From an uncultured Nitrososphaerales archaeon (GTDB lineage Archaea > Thermoproteota > Nitrososphaeria > Nitrososphaerales > Gagatemarchaeaceae): DNA of 64,000 nt. The stretch lies in contig OY970160.1 in assembly GCA_963706445.1 (NCBI GenBank), forward strand, positions 736,001 to 800,000. Direction: 5' to 3'. Each line of letters opens with the position of its first letter. Position 1 is the first letter of the stretch. Below, one piece after another: positions 10,302-20,135 of the stretch. Both the position numbers and the translations under genes were made by a program. Below the pieces are notes generated by a model that was given only the letters and a program-made list of their open reading frames with translations, was not told the origin of the DNA and ran no database searches.

Positions 10302-11633
10302 TTGTTTCGAGTTACGCGCCCTAGGATGGGCCAGATTCTTCTCCTCGGCGTCCTGATGATCGTCAGCGCCGGAATTTCGATCCAGCCAACATCGGCTGCT
10401 TCCACGGCCGTGACATTCGGTGCGGCTGTCAACCTGAGCGGCGATGCTGGCAGCTCCACCACGCCCGTGGTCGCCACGTCAGGCACCTACGTCTATGTCG
10501 CCTGGATCGATAAGACCCCGGGTCACGCCGAGGTATTCTTCAGGGCGAACAGCAACTACGGGGCTGCGAACGCTTGGGGGAGTGTGATTCAGTTTGCCCA
10601 AAAGGGAAACGCACTGAATGTCCAGATCAAATCGGAGGGAACCCACGTGCTCCTGACCTGGCAGGAAGGCGGTGGTAAGGTAACACCGACGCCCTACATT
10701 GAATTCGCTCAAAGTTCGAACAACGGGGCTTCATTCGGCCCGACAGTGAACTTGAGCATCGGCACGGGACTAGCGGCCGAAGATGAGGTGTTCGCTGCCT
10801 CCGGGAGCAATGTGTACGTCACCTGGACCGTTCCCCCCAAGAGTGGAATAGGATTCGCGGCGAGCCACGACTACGGGGTCAGTTTCAGCGCTCCGACGAT
10901 ACTTGCAAACCTTCCGGGCGATCATGAGCAGGCTGTAGCAGCCTGGGGCAGCTACGTCTATGTCGTGTGGGGGCCGGGAGCTTCCTTCGTGGTCAGCAAG
11001 GACGCAGGGGCGACCTTCTCCTCGGTCACCGAGATCGGAAGCGGCTCGCGTGAAGCCATGATAGTGGCTTCGGCCAACGACGTCTATGTGACTTGGACGA
11101 GTGAGACGACCGGCTCCTATCAGGCCTATGTGGCAGTTAGTCAGAACCACGGCAGTAGTTTCACGGTCACCAACCTCAGTGGCAACTTCTTGAGCGCGAG
11201 GGAAGTCCAGCTGGCGGCGAACGGTACCAACGTATATGTCACCTATCGAGGACAGGCAACCACAAACACAGTGAACCAGTACATCAACGTGAGCAACAAT
11301 AACGGTACTTCGTTCGGGCTCCCGATAGACCTCGCAGCTCAGACCCAGGGCCAGACAGGATTCGGGGGAGTTATCGCCTCTGGGAGCAACGTGTACGCGA
11401 TGTGGCCACACTCGGACTCATCGGGGATATCTCAGATGTACTTCAGCGCAAGTCAGGATAGCGGGTCGACCTGGGGCGGGTTGCAGCAGTTGAGCGCGTC
11501 GTCAACGGGAGCGACTGGGATGAATGACCCTGGCGACGCAGGTCCCATGCTTGCGACAGGAAATGGCCACGTGTTCGTAGTCTGGCCAGACACGTCAGTG
11601 GGAAGCGGGGATATAATCTTCAGATCGTCGTAG
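10302..11633 (+). CDS. Secreted Asp-box/BNR beta-propeller, paralog 4 (more divergent)
   Basis: Signal peptide; Asp-boxes; REAM, REVQ, TGFGG and NDPGDAGP motifs. Confidence 0.8.
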   Translation: MFRVTRPRMGQILLLGVLMIVSAGISIQPTSAASTAVTFGAAVNLSGDAGSSTTPVVATSGTYVYVAWIDKTPGHAEVFFRANSNYGAANAWGSVIQFAQKGNALNVQIKSEGTHVLLTWQEGGGKVTPTPYIEFAQSSNNGASFGPTVNLSIGTGLAAEDEVFAASGSNVYVTWTVPPKSGIGFAASHDYGVSFSAPTILANLPGDHEQAVAAWGSYVYVVWGPGASFVVSKDAGATFSSVTEIGSGSREAMIVASANDVYVTWTSETTGSYQAYVAVSQNHGSSFTVTNLSGNFLSAREVQLAANGTNVYVTYRGQATTNTVNQYINVSNNNGTSFGLPIDLAAQTQGQTGFGGVIASGSNVYAMWPHSDSSGISQMYFSASQDSGSTWGGLQQLSASSTGATGMNDPGDAGPMLATGNGHVFVVWPDTSVGSGDIIFRSS

Positions 11634-11789
11634 GACGTCCAGGATCAAGAGGCTGAAGGCGATCCTTTCGTCAAGTACCTGCAAATCTCGATAACTCGAA
11701 TACTCTTCTAATGCTGTACGGTCAATCGCTGGTACTCCGGTAGTAGAGGCGGACAGACAATTGCGGGAGCAACCTTAACCCTGTTCGAT

Positions 11790-11830
11790 GTTGGGACGCC
11801 AACTTAGACTGGCAAGGCCCGGCCAGGAGC
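11790..11830 (+). repeat. att-like dispersed repeat copy A (conserved arm + tRNA-Asp-like 3' end)
   Basis: GTTGGGACGCCAACTTAGACTGGCAAGGCCCGGCCAGGAGC. Confidence 0.7.
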
Positions 11831-11887
11831 ATGCTGAGGGTAATTCAACAAGGAGGGCTCATAACAGGAACGACCAGTGACTTCGGC

Positions 11888-13876
11888 CTACCAGACACCG
11901 ATTCTCGGCTTGTTTCCGATCTCGCTTCTCGGTGCTGGCGGGAAAGCGGAGTCGAAACCTGGATGGTTGATAGCTGGGAATACCCCCCTGAGCTTACCAA
12001 GGGAGTGGGGGTCGGTGGTGGTAAGCCGCCAGATCTCCTGCTCTGCCACTTTCTCCCGCCAGATCTGGGCGTAGGAGATGAAGAATCGCTGCTCCGGCGT
12101 CAGGCCTTCACTTTTCCTCTGGCCCGCATGACCCTCCACCAGCCGCGGCCGTAGTGCCTCGTAGGCCAGGCTCACGCCTCCGAAGTCGGCGATGTTCTCT
12201 CCGAGGGTCAGCTTGCCGTTCGCGTGCAGCCCGGGAAGGACCTCCCTTTCGCTGTACGCCCTGACCACGCGTCGGGCCCTCCTGTCGAACTCCTTCTTGT
12301 CCATCTTCGTCCACGAGTTCCTCAGGTTGCCTTGTGCATCGTACTTCCTCCCCTGGTCGTCATAGCCGTGGGTAATTTCATGCCCTATCACGACGCCGAT
12401 GGCTCCGTAGTTCACAGCATCGTCTGCCGTGTGGTCGAAGAAAGGTGGTTGGAGTATCCCGGCGGGGAAGACTATCTCGTTCATGGTCTCGTCAAAATAG
12501 GCGTTCACCGTCGATGGGCTCATCTGCCATTCGTCTCTGTCGACGGGTGTCCCTACCCGGCTCGTCTGCCGGCGGAACTCGAAGGCTGCAGCTCGGCGGA
12601 CGTTTCCGGCGTAGTCTCTAGGGTCGATGTGTATGGACGAATAGTCGCGGAACCTCGGCGGGTGGCCTATCTTCACCCTGAAGTTGCCGAACTTCTCAAG
12701 GGCCTGTTTTCGTGTCTGCTCCGACATCCACGGCAAGGTTTCGAGCTTCTTGGTGAAGACCCTCCTCAGGTCGTCGGCAAGGACGTTAGCCCTGGCACGG
12801 GCCTCCTCGGGGAAATGGTCCTTGACGAAGAGCTTCCCCAAGGCCTCCCCGATCATCGCGTCGATGACTCGCAGGCTGCGCTTCCATCTCACCTCAGGTT
12901 TCTTCTGGCCCGTCAGCTTCCTGCGGAAGAAATCGAAGTGCTCCTCTTCGACGGCGGAGTGAAGGAAGGGAGAAGTTTCCCGGAGCACGTTCCAGCAGAG
13001 GTAGGCCCTCCAGTCGTCGATGCTCCCCTCGGAGACTAGCTTGTCTGCGGCGGCGAAGAACTCCGGCTGTCCGACGACGACATAGGGGACGGCAGGCACG
13101 CGCACGGAGTGGAAATAACTTGCAAGCCTGAGGGCGGGGTACTCCCACTCTAGCTTGGAGACCTCAACCTTGTTGTAGTTCTTTTCTTTCTCGCGTAGCA
13201 ATGTCCTGTTTCTGCTGGCCCTGGCCAAGGCCGTCTCGATGCGGAGGATGCCGGCGGCCCACCGCGTTGCCTGCGTCTTAGGGAGGCCCTTCAGGATGAG
13301 CATACGTACCATGTGGTCCCGGAACTGCCTTCGAATTTTGGCGAAAGACTTGGAAAGGTAGTATTCCCTGTCGGGAAGCGAAAGCCCTCCCTGTTGAAAG
13401 TAGAACGTGTAAGTGGAGCTGTTCTTGTCGTCAGCCTTCGAATAAGAATGGAAGATGGGTTCGATCCTTTCGCTGTGAAGGGGAGGGAGTATACGTGCGA
13501 GCTCGTCCTTCGAGGTGAGCCCTTCGGTCAGACGCCAGAGGTCCTCAATGGGTTCGAATTTGGTAGCCTCTATCTTCCTGGTATTGAGGGCGGAGAGGTA
13601 AAACCCTCCGACGATGGCGCCCGTCGGGTCGCTGGAAGGCGCTCCCAGGTCCCGGGCACACCTTTCTGCGATCTTCCTCAGGTGGACCATGTTCCACTCG
13701 TCTAGCTCGTTGAACGACCCGTACCAGGACTTGTCTGGAGGGAGGGAGTGGGTCTTCAGCCACCCTCCGACGGCATAGCGGTAGAAGTCGTTCCGTGGAT
13801 CGACGGTGGGATCCATGTAGCTCGTTGAGAACTTTGGTACTTGGATGGCCCATTTGCGTCTCGCACTCCTTGCCAA
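11888..13876 (-). CDS. pepO: M13 family metalloendopeptidase (neprilysin/PepO-like)
   Basis: VNAYF, FPAGILQPPFF, HEITHGYD (HExxH) and GENIAD motifs. Confidence 0.93.
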   Translation of the reverse strand: MARSARRKWAIQVPKFSTSYMDPTVDPRNDFYRYAVGGWLKTHSLPPDKSWYGSFNELDEWNMVHLRKIAERCARDLGAPSSDPTGAIVGGFYLSALNTRKIEATKFEPIEDLWRLTEGLTSKDELARILPPLHSERIEPIFHSYSKADDKNSSTYTFYFQQGGLSLPDREYYLSKSFAKIRRQFRDHMVRMLILKGLPKTQATRWAAGILRIETALARASRNRTLLREKEKNYNKVEVSKLEWEYPALRLASYFHSVRVPAVPYVVVGQPEFFAAADKLVSEGSIDDWRAYLCWNVLRETSPFLHSAVEEEHFDFFRRKLTGQKKPEVRWKRSLRVIDAMIGEALGKLFVKDHFPEEARARANVLADDLRRVFTKKLETLPWMSEQTRKQALEKFGNFRVKIGHPPRFRDYSSIHIDPRDYAGNVRRAAAFEFRRQTSRVGTPVDRDEWQMSPSTVNAYFDETMNEIVFPAGILQPPFFDHTADDAVNYGAIGVVIGHEITHGYDDQGRKYDAQGNLRNSWTKMDKKEFDRRARRVVRAYSEREVLPGLHANGKLTLGENIADFGGVSLAYEALRPRLVEGHAGQRKSEGLTPEQRFFISYAQIWREKVAEQEIWRLTTTDPHSLGKLRGVFPAINHPGFDSAFPPAPRSEIGNKPRIGVW

Positions 13877-13995
13877 GGTCGAACGTCATCATGACGAGAA
13901 ACATTGATGCTTAAAGCATTCATGTGGAGTTTCTATATCCACCCACCCCGCGTTATGAAACTGAAGCCGAGAGGACTTCCAAAGGGTGTTGCTAA

Positions 13996-14041
13996 GTTGG
14001 GGCGCGCCTACCTGAACTGTAAAGGCCCGGCTAGGGCGCCA
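13996..14041 (+). repeat. att-like dispersed repeat copy B
   Basis: GTTGGGGCGCGCCTACCTGAACTGTAAAGGCCCGGCTAGGGCGCCA. Confidence 0.8.
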
Positions 14042-14129
14042 TCAATGGTCTAGGAGCCCTTCAAAGTATGGGACATTCAACCTGATGTGTCATAACACGT
14101 ATACGCCCAGGTGACATCGCAATCGGAAC

Positions 14130-15770
14130 ATGGCCCTGGTTTCTCCCCGAAAGGCCGTCATAGCGGTGTTTCTTGGGCTGCTTATGCTCCTCAGTACTGA
14201 CGCGTTTGCTGTTTCAGGCGGGACGGCGCCAAGTTCTGCAGCCTCCAGCATTCAGCAGTTGCCCTACTACTCCGCCACGTACCCCACTCAGCGAACTGAG
14301 TTAGCCAGCTACATGGAGGGCCTCTACAATCCAACATACGATCTTACTCAGGGAACAGTGCTCTGTGGCATCCAGGCGAATGGATTTTCAATCATCGATG
14401 AGAACTTCCTCGACGGGCCGGCCCTCCAGGAATATGACCCCAGCATGGGGAATTCGATCAATTCATCAGTGTTCCATTACCTATCCCAGGTCGGCTATCA
14501 GAACAACGACAGGCGCGAGGTTCTCTTCGGGAATCAGATCCCTCTCCCGCCCCTTACCGGCATTCAGGTACAGATAGCTGGAACCATGCCTACTTGCCCG
14601 AACGGAGGCAAGAACTACACAGGATTTTTCATCACTACGGAGTTGCCTCAACTGTCAACTCCCGCCAAGTCTTACACGAATTCGATGAATATTCTGGCTG
14701 TCTCAGGACTCGAGGACTATCTCTCAGGGAACGTCTCAGGAGCGCTAGAGCTCTTCAACACAGCTCTAGGCTGGTGGACCTGGAATTCGACCTATCATGG
14801 GTTCCTCTCCCCGGCACAGATGCCATGCACTAAGACGACGTGCTCGAGCGGGAACAACTTCGACACGCGCGACTTAGCGTACTTCCTCTTCTTCGCGAGG
14901 GCTACGAGGTTCTACGTCCCTCCGACAACTCTTGGCCAGATTGAATCCACACTTTGGAGTCAGCAGCTCCCACAATACGGCGGAGGGATAGCCACCTCAT
15001 ATAGCTACAACGGATCACCGCTGCCGAAGGGAGGCCATACGAGCGGCGAAATCAACGGGCTCGCCCTGCTTGCTTACGATCCCAGGATTCAGACAACGTG
15101 GTGGCCCGGAGTCATCCAGACCCTGCCGACAACTGCCTCGGTTTCCTGCTCCCCTTCATCTCTTCTGGTGAATACTCCTACGACCTGCGAGGCATTGGTC
15201 AGCAACGGCGACACTTCAATCTCACTTCTACCGACAGGTCAGGTGACCTTCGGGGCCAGCGGATCTGGCAGTTTCTCAAGTTCAGGCCTCTGCAATCTGG
15301 CTCCGGTCAACAGCATCACCGAAGGCTGCTCGGTCATCTTCACTCCCGGTCCGGGCGGGGAAGGCGACCAGCTGATTTCAGCCGACTACCTAGGGGACGC
15401 CTACCATTCAGGCAGCGCCGGAAACGGGATCCTCAGCGTTTCCCAGCGTGGCGCATCCCTGAGCATGAAGTGTTCACCAAGCATTGTCGGGCCCACCTCG
15501 AAGGTGAAATGCACCGTCACGGTCAAGGATACGACAGCGACTGGAACCTTAATCGACCCCAGGGGGAGCGTTTCCTTCTCGGCTAGCAGGAATGTCAAGT
15601 TCAGTTCCCAGAGTTGCGTCCTAGCACCATCAGGAACTGGGCAAGCTTCCTGCAGCGTGACGTTCGTCCCGGGAAGCAAGGCAGTTGGGACGGTGACAGT
15701 TTCCGGTTCCTATGGAGGGGACAAGGATCACACCCCCGCTGTCGGTGGAACATCTGTGAGGGTCAGGTAG
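14130..15770 (+). CDS. Secreted protein: unknown N-terminal domain plus two C-terminal Ig-like repeats
   Basis: Signal peptide; two repeats of the type SVSCSPSS...TCxxxV...PTGxVxF...CSVxF...A/GxYxGD. Confidence 0.65.
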   Translation: MALVSPRKAVIAVFLGLLMLLSTDAFAVSGGTAPSSAASSIQQLPYYSATYPTQRTELASYMEGLYNPTYDLTQGTVLCGIQANGFSIIDENFLDGPALQEYDPSMGNSINSSVFHYLSQVGYQNNDRREVLFGNQIPLPPLTGIQVQIAGTMPTCPNGGKNYTGFFITTELPQLSTPAKSYTNSMNILAVSGLEDYLSGNVSGALELFNTALGWWTWNSTYHGFLSPAQMPCTKTTCSSGNNFDTRDLAYFLFFARATRFYVPPTTLGQIESTLWSQQLPQYGGGIATSYSYNGSPLPKGGHTSGEINGLALLAYDPRIQTTWWPGVIQTLPTTASVSCSPSSLLVNTPTTCEALVSNGDTSISLLPTGQVTFGASGSGSFSSSGLCNLAPVNSITEGCSVIFTPGPGGEGDQLISADYLGDAYHSGSAGNGILSVSQRGASLSMKCSPSIVGPTSKVKCTVTVKDTTATGTLIDPRGSVSFSASRNVKFSSQSCVLAPSGTGQASCSVTFVPGSKAVGTVTVSGSYGGDKDHTPAVGGTSVRVR

Positions 15771-15944
15771 TTCCTGTATCACCTGATTCGGACGACATCT
15801 GGCCACGGGTCAGCCCCCTTACAATTGGAACCTTCCAGCCAATTTCGCTCATGGATGGACTCCTTCCTTTCATTATTCATAAGTAAAATCTCAAATCGGC
15901 AGTCAACCCGGTTCTGGCGACTCCCCCTCGCAATCGTCTTTCTG

Positions 15945-16151
15945 TTAACCCTCGTCGGATGGCGGCCTTTCGACCCTTCCGATGCCATAGGCAAGATATC
16001 CTACCCCGACGAGTATTAGTAGCCCCGCTAATGCAATCACGAGACCTGCCGCCTGATTATTTACGGATACACCGAGACCGAGAAAGAGGACGAGACCCCC
16101 GCCGCTTGCCATCCATCGGAGCTTTCTCATCAGGGACTTCTTAGCGGACAT
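15945..16151 (-). CDS. Small two-TM membrane protein
   Basis: 68 aa with two hydrophobic segments. Confidence 0.5.
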   Translation of the reverse strand: MSAKKSLMRKLRWMASGGGLVLFLGLGVSVNNQAAGLVIALAGLLILVGVGYLAYGIGRVERPPSDEG

Positions 16152-16277
16152 TCCGTTCGGCTAGGTTCGAGGCGTTCTGAATTAAGGTTGACCACTTGTT
16201 CTCACCACGGAGTCTGATTCCACTCTATCTGCGTGAGTGTGGCCCTGCAGGAGCCGGTCGAAGCTGTCAGGAAATCG

Positions 16278-16787
16278 TTACATCGTCAGTTCCAGGTCTT
16301 GCAGCTTCCCGCCCGCAAGAGGCCTTTCTCCGCGCGCTTTCCTTCCTAACACTTCTAGCTGCCAGATTCCGACCGTGAAAGGTATCATCGCAGTTACTCC
16401 CCAGACCAGGGCAAAGACCTGTGCGCTGGCCAGATTGACCGGGGGAAGCTCCAGGTATTGGACCATGTCGAAGGCGAAGTCCGCCGACACCAGGGCGATG
16501 ACGAAGGAATAGCAGACGACCCTCGTCTCTTTGTGGGTGACCAGGATCGTGAGTGATATTACGGCTAGAGCCAGAAGAACGTCCCACTCGGCGACAAAGC
16601 TCGTGTCGAGCTGAGCCAAGGGATTGAGTTCAGCCCCTATCGCCACCCTTACCGCTGCGACGGTATCGACGTAGGTCAGGGTCCTCAGCATCAGAACGAT
16701 CCCCAGTGCCGTGAAGAAAGCGCCGTCGAACCGTCTCTCGGCCCCTTCGTCCAGCCGCGTCATCAGGGACTTGGACGCCTCGCGCAT
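16278..16787 (-). CDS. Membrane protein (possibly DUF5658-like)
   Basis: Four hydrophobic helices; D-T...ELNPL motif. Confidence 0.5.
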   Translation of the reverse strand: MREASKSLMTRLDEGAERRFDGAFFTALGIVLMLRTLTYVDTVAAVRVAIGAELNPLAQLDTSFVAEWDVLLALAVISLTILVTHKETRVVCYSFVIALVSADFAFDMVQYLELPPVNLASAQVFALVWGVTAMIPFTVGIWQLEVLGRKARGERPLAGGKLQDLELTM

Positions 16788-16943
16788 CCCATCTCAGAGG
16801 CTCGGACCCCTCTTATACGTATTCAAAAACCGAATTACCATGACGGCTCCCGCTAGCCCAGACGAATTCTAACTGATCTGTAATGAAGCCGAACTCATTC
16901 CAAGTGAGTTCGTCTTAAATATCAACTCGAGTCCATTTCGTTA

Positions 16944-17450
16944 ATGAATCTCCGGGGTCTGCTCTTGCTTCTGCTCCTTCTTGCCCTTCTGCTGCCCCTG
17001 ACCTCGATATTCCACTCTGCCGCAGTCTCTGAGGCCGGATACGCCGGCATCGGCAATTCGGTCGTGGTGGTTGCAAAGGAGAACTACGTCTTCGCCAGGG
17101 TTCAGATCGTCGTGCAACCACTTGAGAACAACACCAACGTGGTGGTTCACGGCGGCCAGATCCAACCCACCAGGTTCACGTTCCCCAATGGCACCTCCGT
17201 CACCGTAGACCAACCGACGACTTTCACCATCATCCTCTCAAACGAGGCCATCATCGGAGTTTCCGCCTCTTCGGCGGGAGGACCAGGCTACAATGTCAGC
17301 CCGGACAATCCGCTCAGCGTCCAGGTGCTTCCTGGCCAGAATGCGACCTCGAGCTCGGTGGTCGGCGCCATACCCGGCATCGACATCTTCCAGTATACCC
17401 TGAGCGGCGACTACGAGCTATCGGTGCAAGCGCTGGGGATGTCGCTCTGA
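16944..17450 (+). CDS. Secreted or membrane-anchored beta-rich hypothetical protein
   Basis: Poly-Leu signal; TTAAATA box ~29 nt upstream; first gene of a 3-gene operon. Confidence 0.65.
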   Translation: MNLRGLLLLLLLLALLLPLTSIFHSAAVSEAGYAGIGNSVVVVAKENYVFARVQIVVQPLENNTNVVVHGGQIQPTRFTFPNGTSVTVDQPTTFTIILSNEAIIGVSASSAGGPGYNVSPDNPLSVQVLPGQNATSSSVVGAIPGIDIFQYTLSGDYELSVQALGMSL

Positions 17451-17461
17451 GCGAAGCGGAC

Positions 17462-18148
17462 GTGGTCGCGAAGGTAGGCGACCTCATGAGAACCCTCGAC
17501 GACGTGAAGAGATACCGAGAGCTGGCCTCGGCGATGGTCGACTTCGTTGCCATCATGGTCGTCTCGTTGATTGCAGTCGTTGTCCTCACGTCGCTCCAGT
17601 TCGTCGCCGACGTCGTGTATGGGTCTCCCAATACACTCAATGGGCAGGCCCTGCTGCTGTTCGGTCCGCCTTTCCCCGCCAGCCCTTGGATCTTCCTGGG
17701 CGAGCTCGTCATCCTCTTCTCCGGGCTCATATTGGGGGTCTACTGGGTCGACAGGAGGGTGCGTATCACCAAGGTCGGAGGATGGAAGGGCGCACTTGAC
17801 GAAGGAGCCCCGGGGGCAATCAAGCTCCTCTCAAACATCGACTGGGACTCGATGCTGGGGTCGGTCAGCCTCGCCAGGGTTTCTTACCTATTCTATGCAC
17901 TGATCAAGGTCGTGGGGTACTTCTTATTGACGACAGTTGTCCTGTCATTCGTCTTCCTTTTCTCCTTGGGATTCTTGTTTCCGGCGGCCCTGAGCTACAT
18001 GCCATTCCTGTCGCTTGTCATCGTACTGCTCTTCACGAGAAAGAGCATCGCGGATGGTTTCCGACGCCTTCGATCGCTGGATTCACTCTTCTGGGACCTC
18101 AGGTGGTTTGCGTCTGAATTCAAGAGAGCGGAATTCAACCAAACCTGA
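17462..18148 (+). CDS. Four-TM membrane protein
   Basis: Hydrophobic helices; operonic spacing. Confidence 0.7.
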   Translation: MVAKVGDLMRTLDDVKRYRELASAMVDFVAIMVVSLIAVVVLTSLQFVADVVYGSPNTLNGQALLLFGPPFPASPWIFLGELVILFSGLILGVYWVDRRVRITKVGGWKGALDEGAPGAIKLLSNIDWDSMLGSVSLARVSYLFYALIKVVGYFLLTTVVLSFVFLFSLGFLFPAALSYMPFLSLVIVLLFTRKSIADGFRRLRSLDSLFWDLRWFASEFKRAEFNQT

Positions 18149-18413
18149 CCTCTACGTGCTCGCTCGCATAATCAAGATTCTGAGCGAAAAGGGGCAGACG
18201 AACAGGACGGCGCTAGCGACGGCGGCCGGAGTCTCCTACGACCGCTTTGTGCTGTACCTGGATTGGATGACCCAAAAGGGCTTTGTGAACCTCGCTGAGG
18301 ACGGAGATGTCCACCTGACGGCTGCCGGTGCTCAGGCCTACGACCAGCTCGTCCAATGGATCATCCAACACGTCGGTCAACTCCCTCTCAAACGTGAAAC
18401 GGGAGATCAGTAG
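18108..18413 (+). CDS. Archaeal winged helix-turn-helix regulator
   Basis: PDLYVLARII...RTALATAAGVSYDRFVLYLDWM...VHLTAAG; overlaps the upstream gene; start approximate. Confidence 0.75.
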   Translation: MRLNSRERNSTKPDLYVLARIIKILSEKGQTNRTALATAAGVSYDRFVLYLDWMTQKGFVNLAEDGDVHLTAAGAQAYDQLVQWIIQHVGQLPLKRETGDQ

Positions 18414-18506
18414 TCGCGTTCCTGGCTTCAGAAAGCAGGTTACGAGCTGTTCGGGTTGAATGCCACACCAACTGCTTTATGGCTGAAAATCAGGACGCGG
18501 TATGGA

Positions 18507-19154
18507 GTGAAGAGAACAAGGTCCGACTCGGAAGTAGTTGCACGGTTCCTAGTTAACGGTCTTCTTCTTGAGTCGGACCACCACCTCCCAAGCGTAGTGG
18601 GGGTCGTCGCTGGCAACAGGATCAAGGGTTCGTGGTGGGGTCACCCCAAGGGCCGCGAGATTTGGCGTGAATTGAATGAACTCGGAGAGCGCGACGATGT
18701 TCTGACCACACGGCTGATTTCGGGCAAGGTCACCTTCGTCCATCGAAGGCTGTGGCCTGACTTCTTTGCAATTGCGGTCTCAAGGGAGAGTTGGCAGACG
18801 AAAGGTCTCTCCGCCGACGCGAGAAATCTGTTCTACGTGGTGGAAAGTGAAGGAAGGGTCAGGACAGATGAAAAGTTGCCATCGGTGCGGTTCAAGGGCA
18901 AGATAGGTGACGCTGCACGCGAACTAGAAAGAAGTCTCCTGGTGCATAGTGACCAGGTACACACGGAGAGGGGCAGCCATGCAAAGGTACTTGTTTCGTG
19001 GCCGACCTGGGCTGGGTCGATCGGCCTGAGGCAAGATCGCACTAATCCAGCCGAGGCGAAGGTGAGATTCGAAATGATCTTGGACTCGATGAACAGAGAA
19101 AACGGCGGGAGCGGACGCCTGCCCTGGGTCGACGTAAGCCAAGGCAGAGATTAG
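18507..19154 (+). CDS. Winged-helix protein, AlkZ/YcaQ-related (uncharacterised)
   Basis: LPSVV...GSWWGHPKG...GKVTFVH motifs; start probably GTG 18507. Confidence 0.55.
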   Translation: MKRTRSDSEVVARFLVNGLLLESDHHLPSVVGVVAGNRIKGSWWGHPKGREIWRELNELGERDDVLTTRLISGKVTFVHRRLWPDFFAIAVSRESWQTKGLSADARNLFYVVESEGRVRTDEKLPSVRFKGKIGDAARELERSLLVHSDQVHTERGSHAKVLVSWPTWAGSIGLRQDRTNPAEAKVRFEMILDSMNRENGGSGRLPWVDVSQGRD

Positions 19155-19485
19155 ACGAACTTCAGTCGGACGCCTGGTTCGTCGCTGCGAACTCATCGAG
19201 GATATCCAGCGAGCGCTGGCGGAGGGCATGCGTCAGCGTCGTATACCCAAGGCCTTCTGGTAAAGATCCACAAGTCTGCATGCTGATCCTCCGTCTCCAT
19301 CTGCGTCCATATCCCATGGTCTTCTTTGCCTTCTGCTTCACTTCCTTTGAACTCACCAGGGTAATGCGATTCGACACTCTACTAAACGTTCCCGTCATTC
19401 GGAGGATATGCCTTTGTCTGCCGTTCGTCCCTTCGTAGTGGGTATGTCCTTATAAAATGACCAGGAAAAACCAAGGGTAGCGGCC

Positions 19486-19917
19486 TTGAGCACCCCGGCT
19501 CTTCCCAGCCTCGGCAGTCTGACCCTGACGGACGTGCTTGTGACCATCATCGGCTTGGTCATTCTGTGGGTAGTCATCTCGATACCGGCGTGGTTGGCAG
19601 GCAAGGCGATAACCGGGGGAAAATCCACCTTAGGCGACGCCATGGTGGCCACCCTGGTTGGCCCGATAGTCTACTTTGTGATCCTGATAGCGGTGGATTT
19701 CTTTCTGGGAGCGCTGATCGGCCCCGGGGCGTTCATTTTCGCCTTGATCTTGGCCTTCATTGCCTGGATTTGGGTCTACAAATCAAGCTTCGGAACGAGC
19801 TGGCTAGGCGGACTGGGGATAGCCATACTCTCAATAATCATCTTCGCCGTGATGAGCGTGATTCTTGGAGCCCTCTTCGGCGTAGTGGTTCCAGCATCAT
19901 TTTTCCCTCACCTTTAG
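19486..19917 (+). CDS. Four-TM membrane protein
   Basis: Hydrophobic ORF with a TTATAAAA box upstream. Confidence 0.7.
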   Translation: MSTPALPSLGSLTLTDVLVTIIGLVILWVVISIPAWLAGKAITGGKSTLGDAMVATLVGPIVYFVILIAVDFFLGALIGPGAFIFALILAFIAWIWVYKSSFGTSWLGGLGIAILSIIIFAVMSVILGALFGVVVPASFFPHL

Positions 19918-20135
19918 AAAATTGCGACCGACCAGCGAACAAGGCTAAGGGGGTCCATGTGATTGTCTCAGTCCACCTCTTTCTCAAGAAGCTAGACGTT
20001 GCCTACTTAGCTAACCTGTGGTTTCTTGTTCCATGAACTTCTATTCCACTCTATGAGCATGGTGAACCACCTTGACGGCCACCGAAACTTCCGATCAGAG
20101 TTCGGTTGACAGATCGAGAACCCTCGACGTCATGG

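Noticed and set aside
3100-11633. Calling the propellers true sialidases
   Set aside because: Asp-boxes occur in many folds, and the RIP motif and canonical catalytic layout are not evident.
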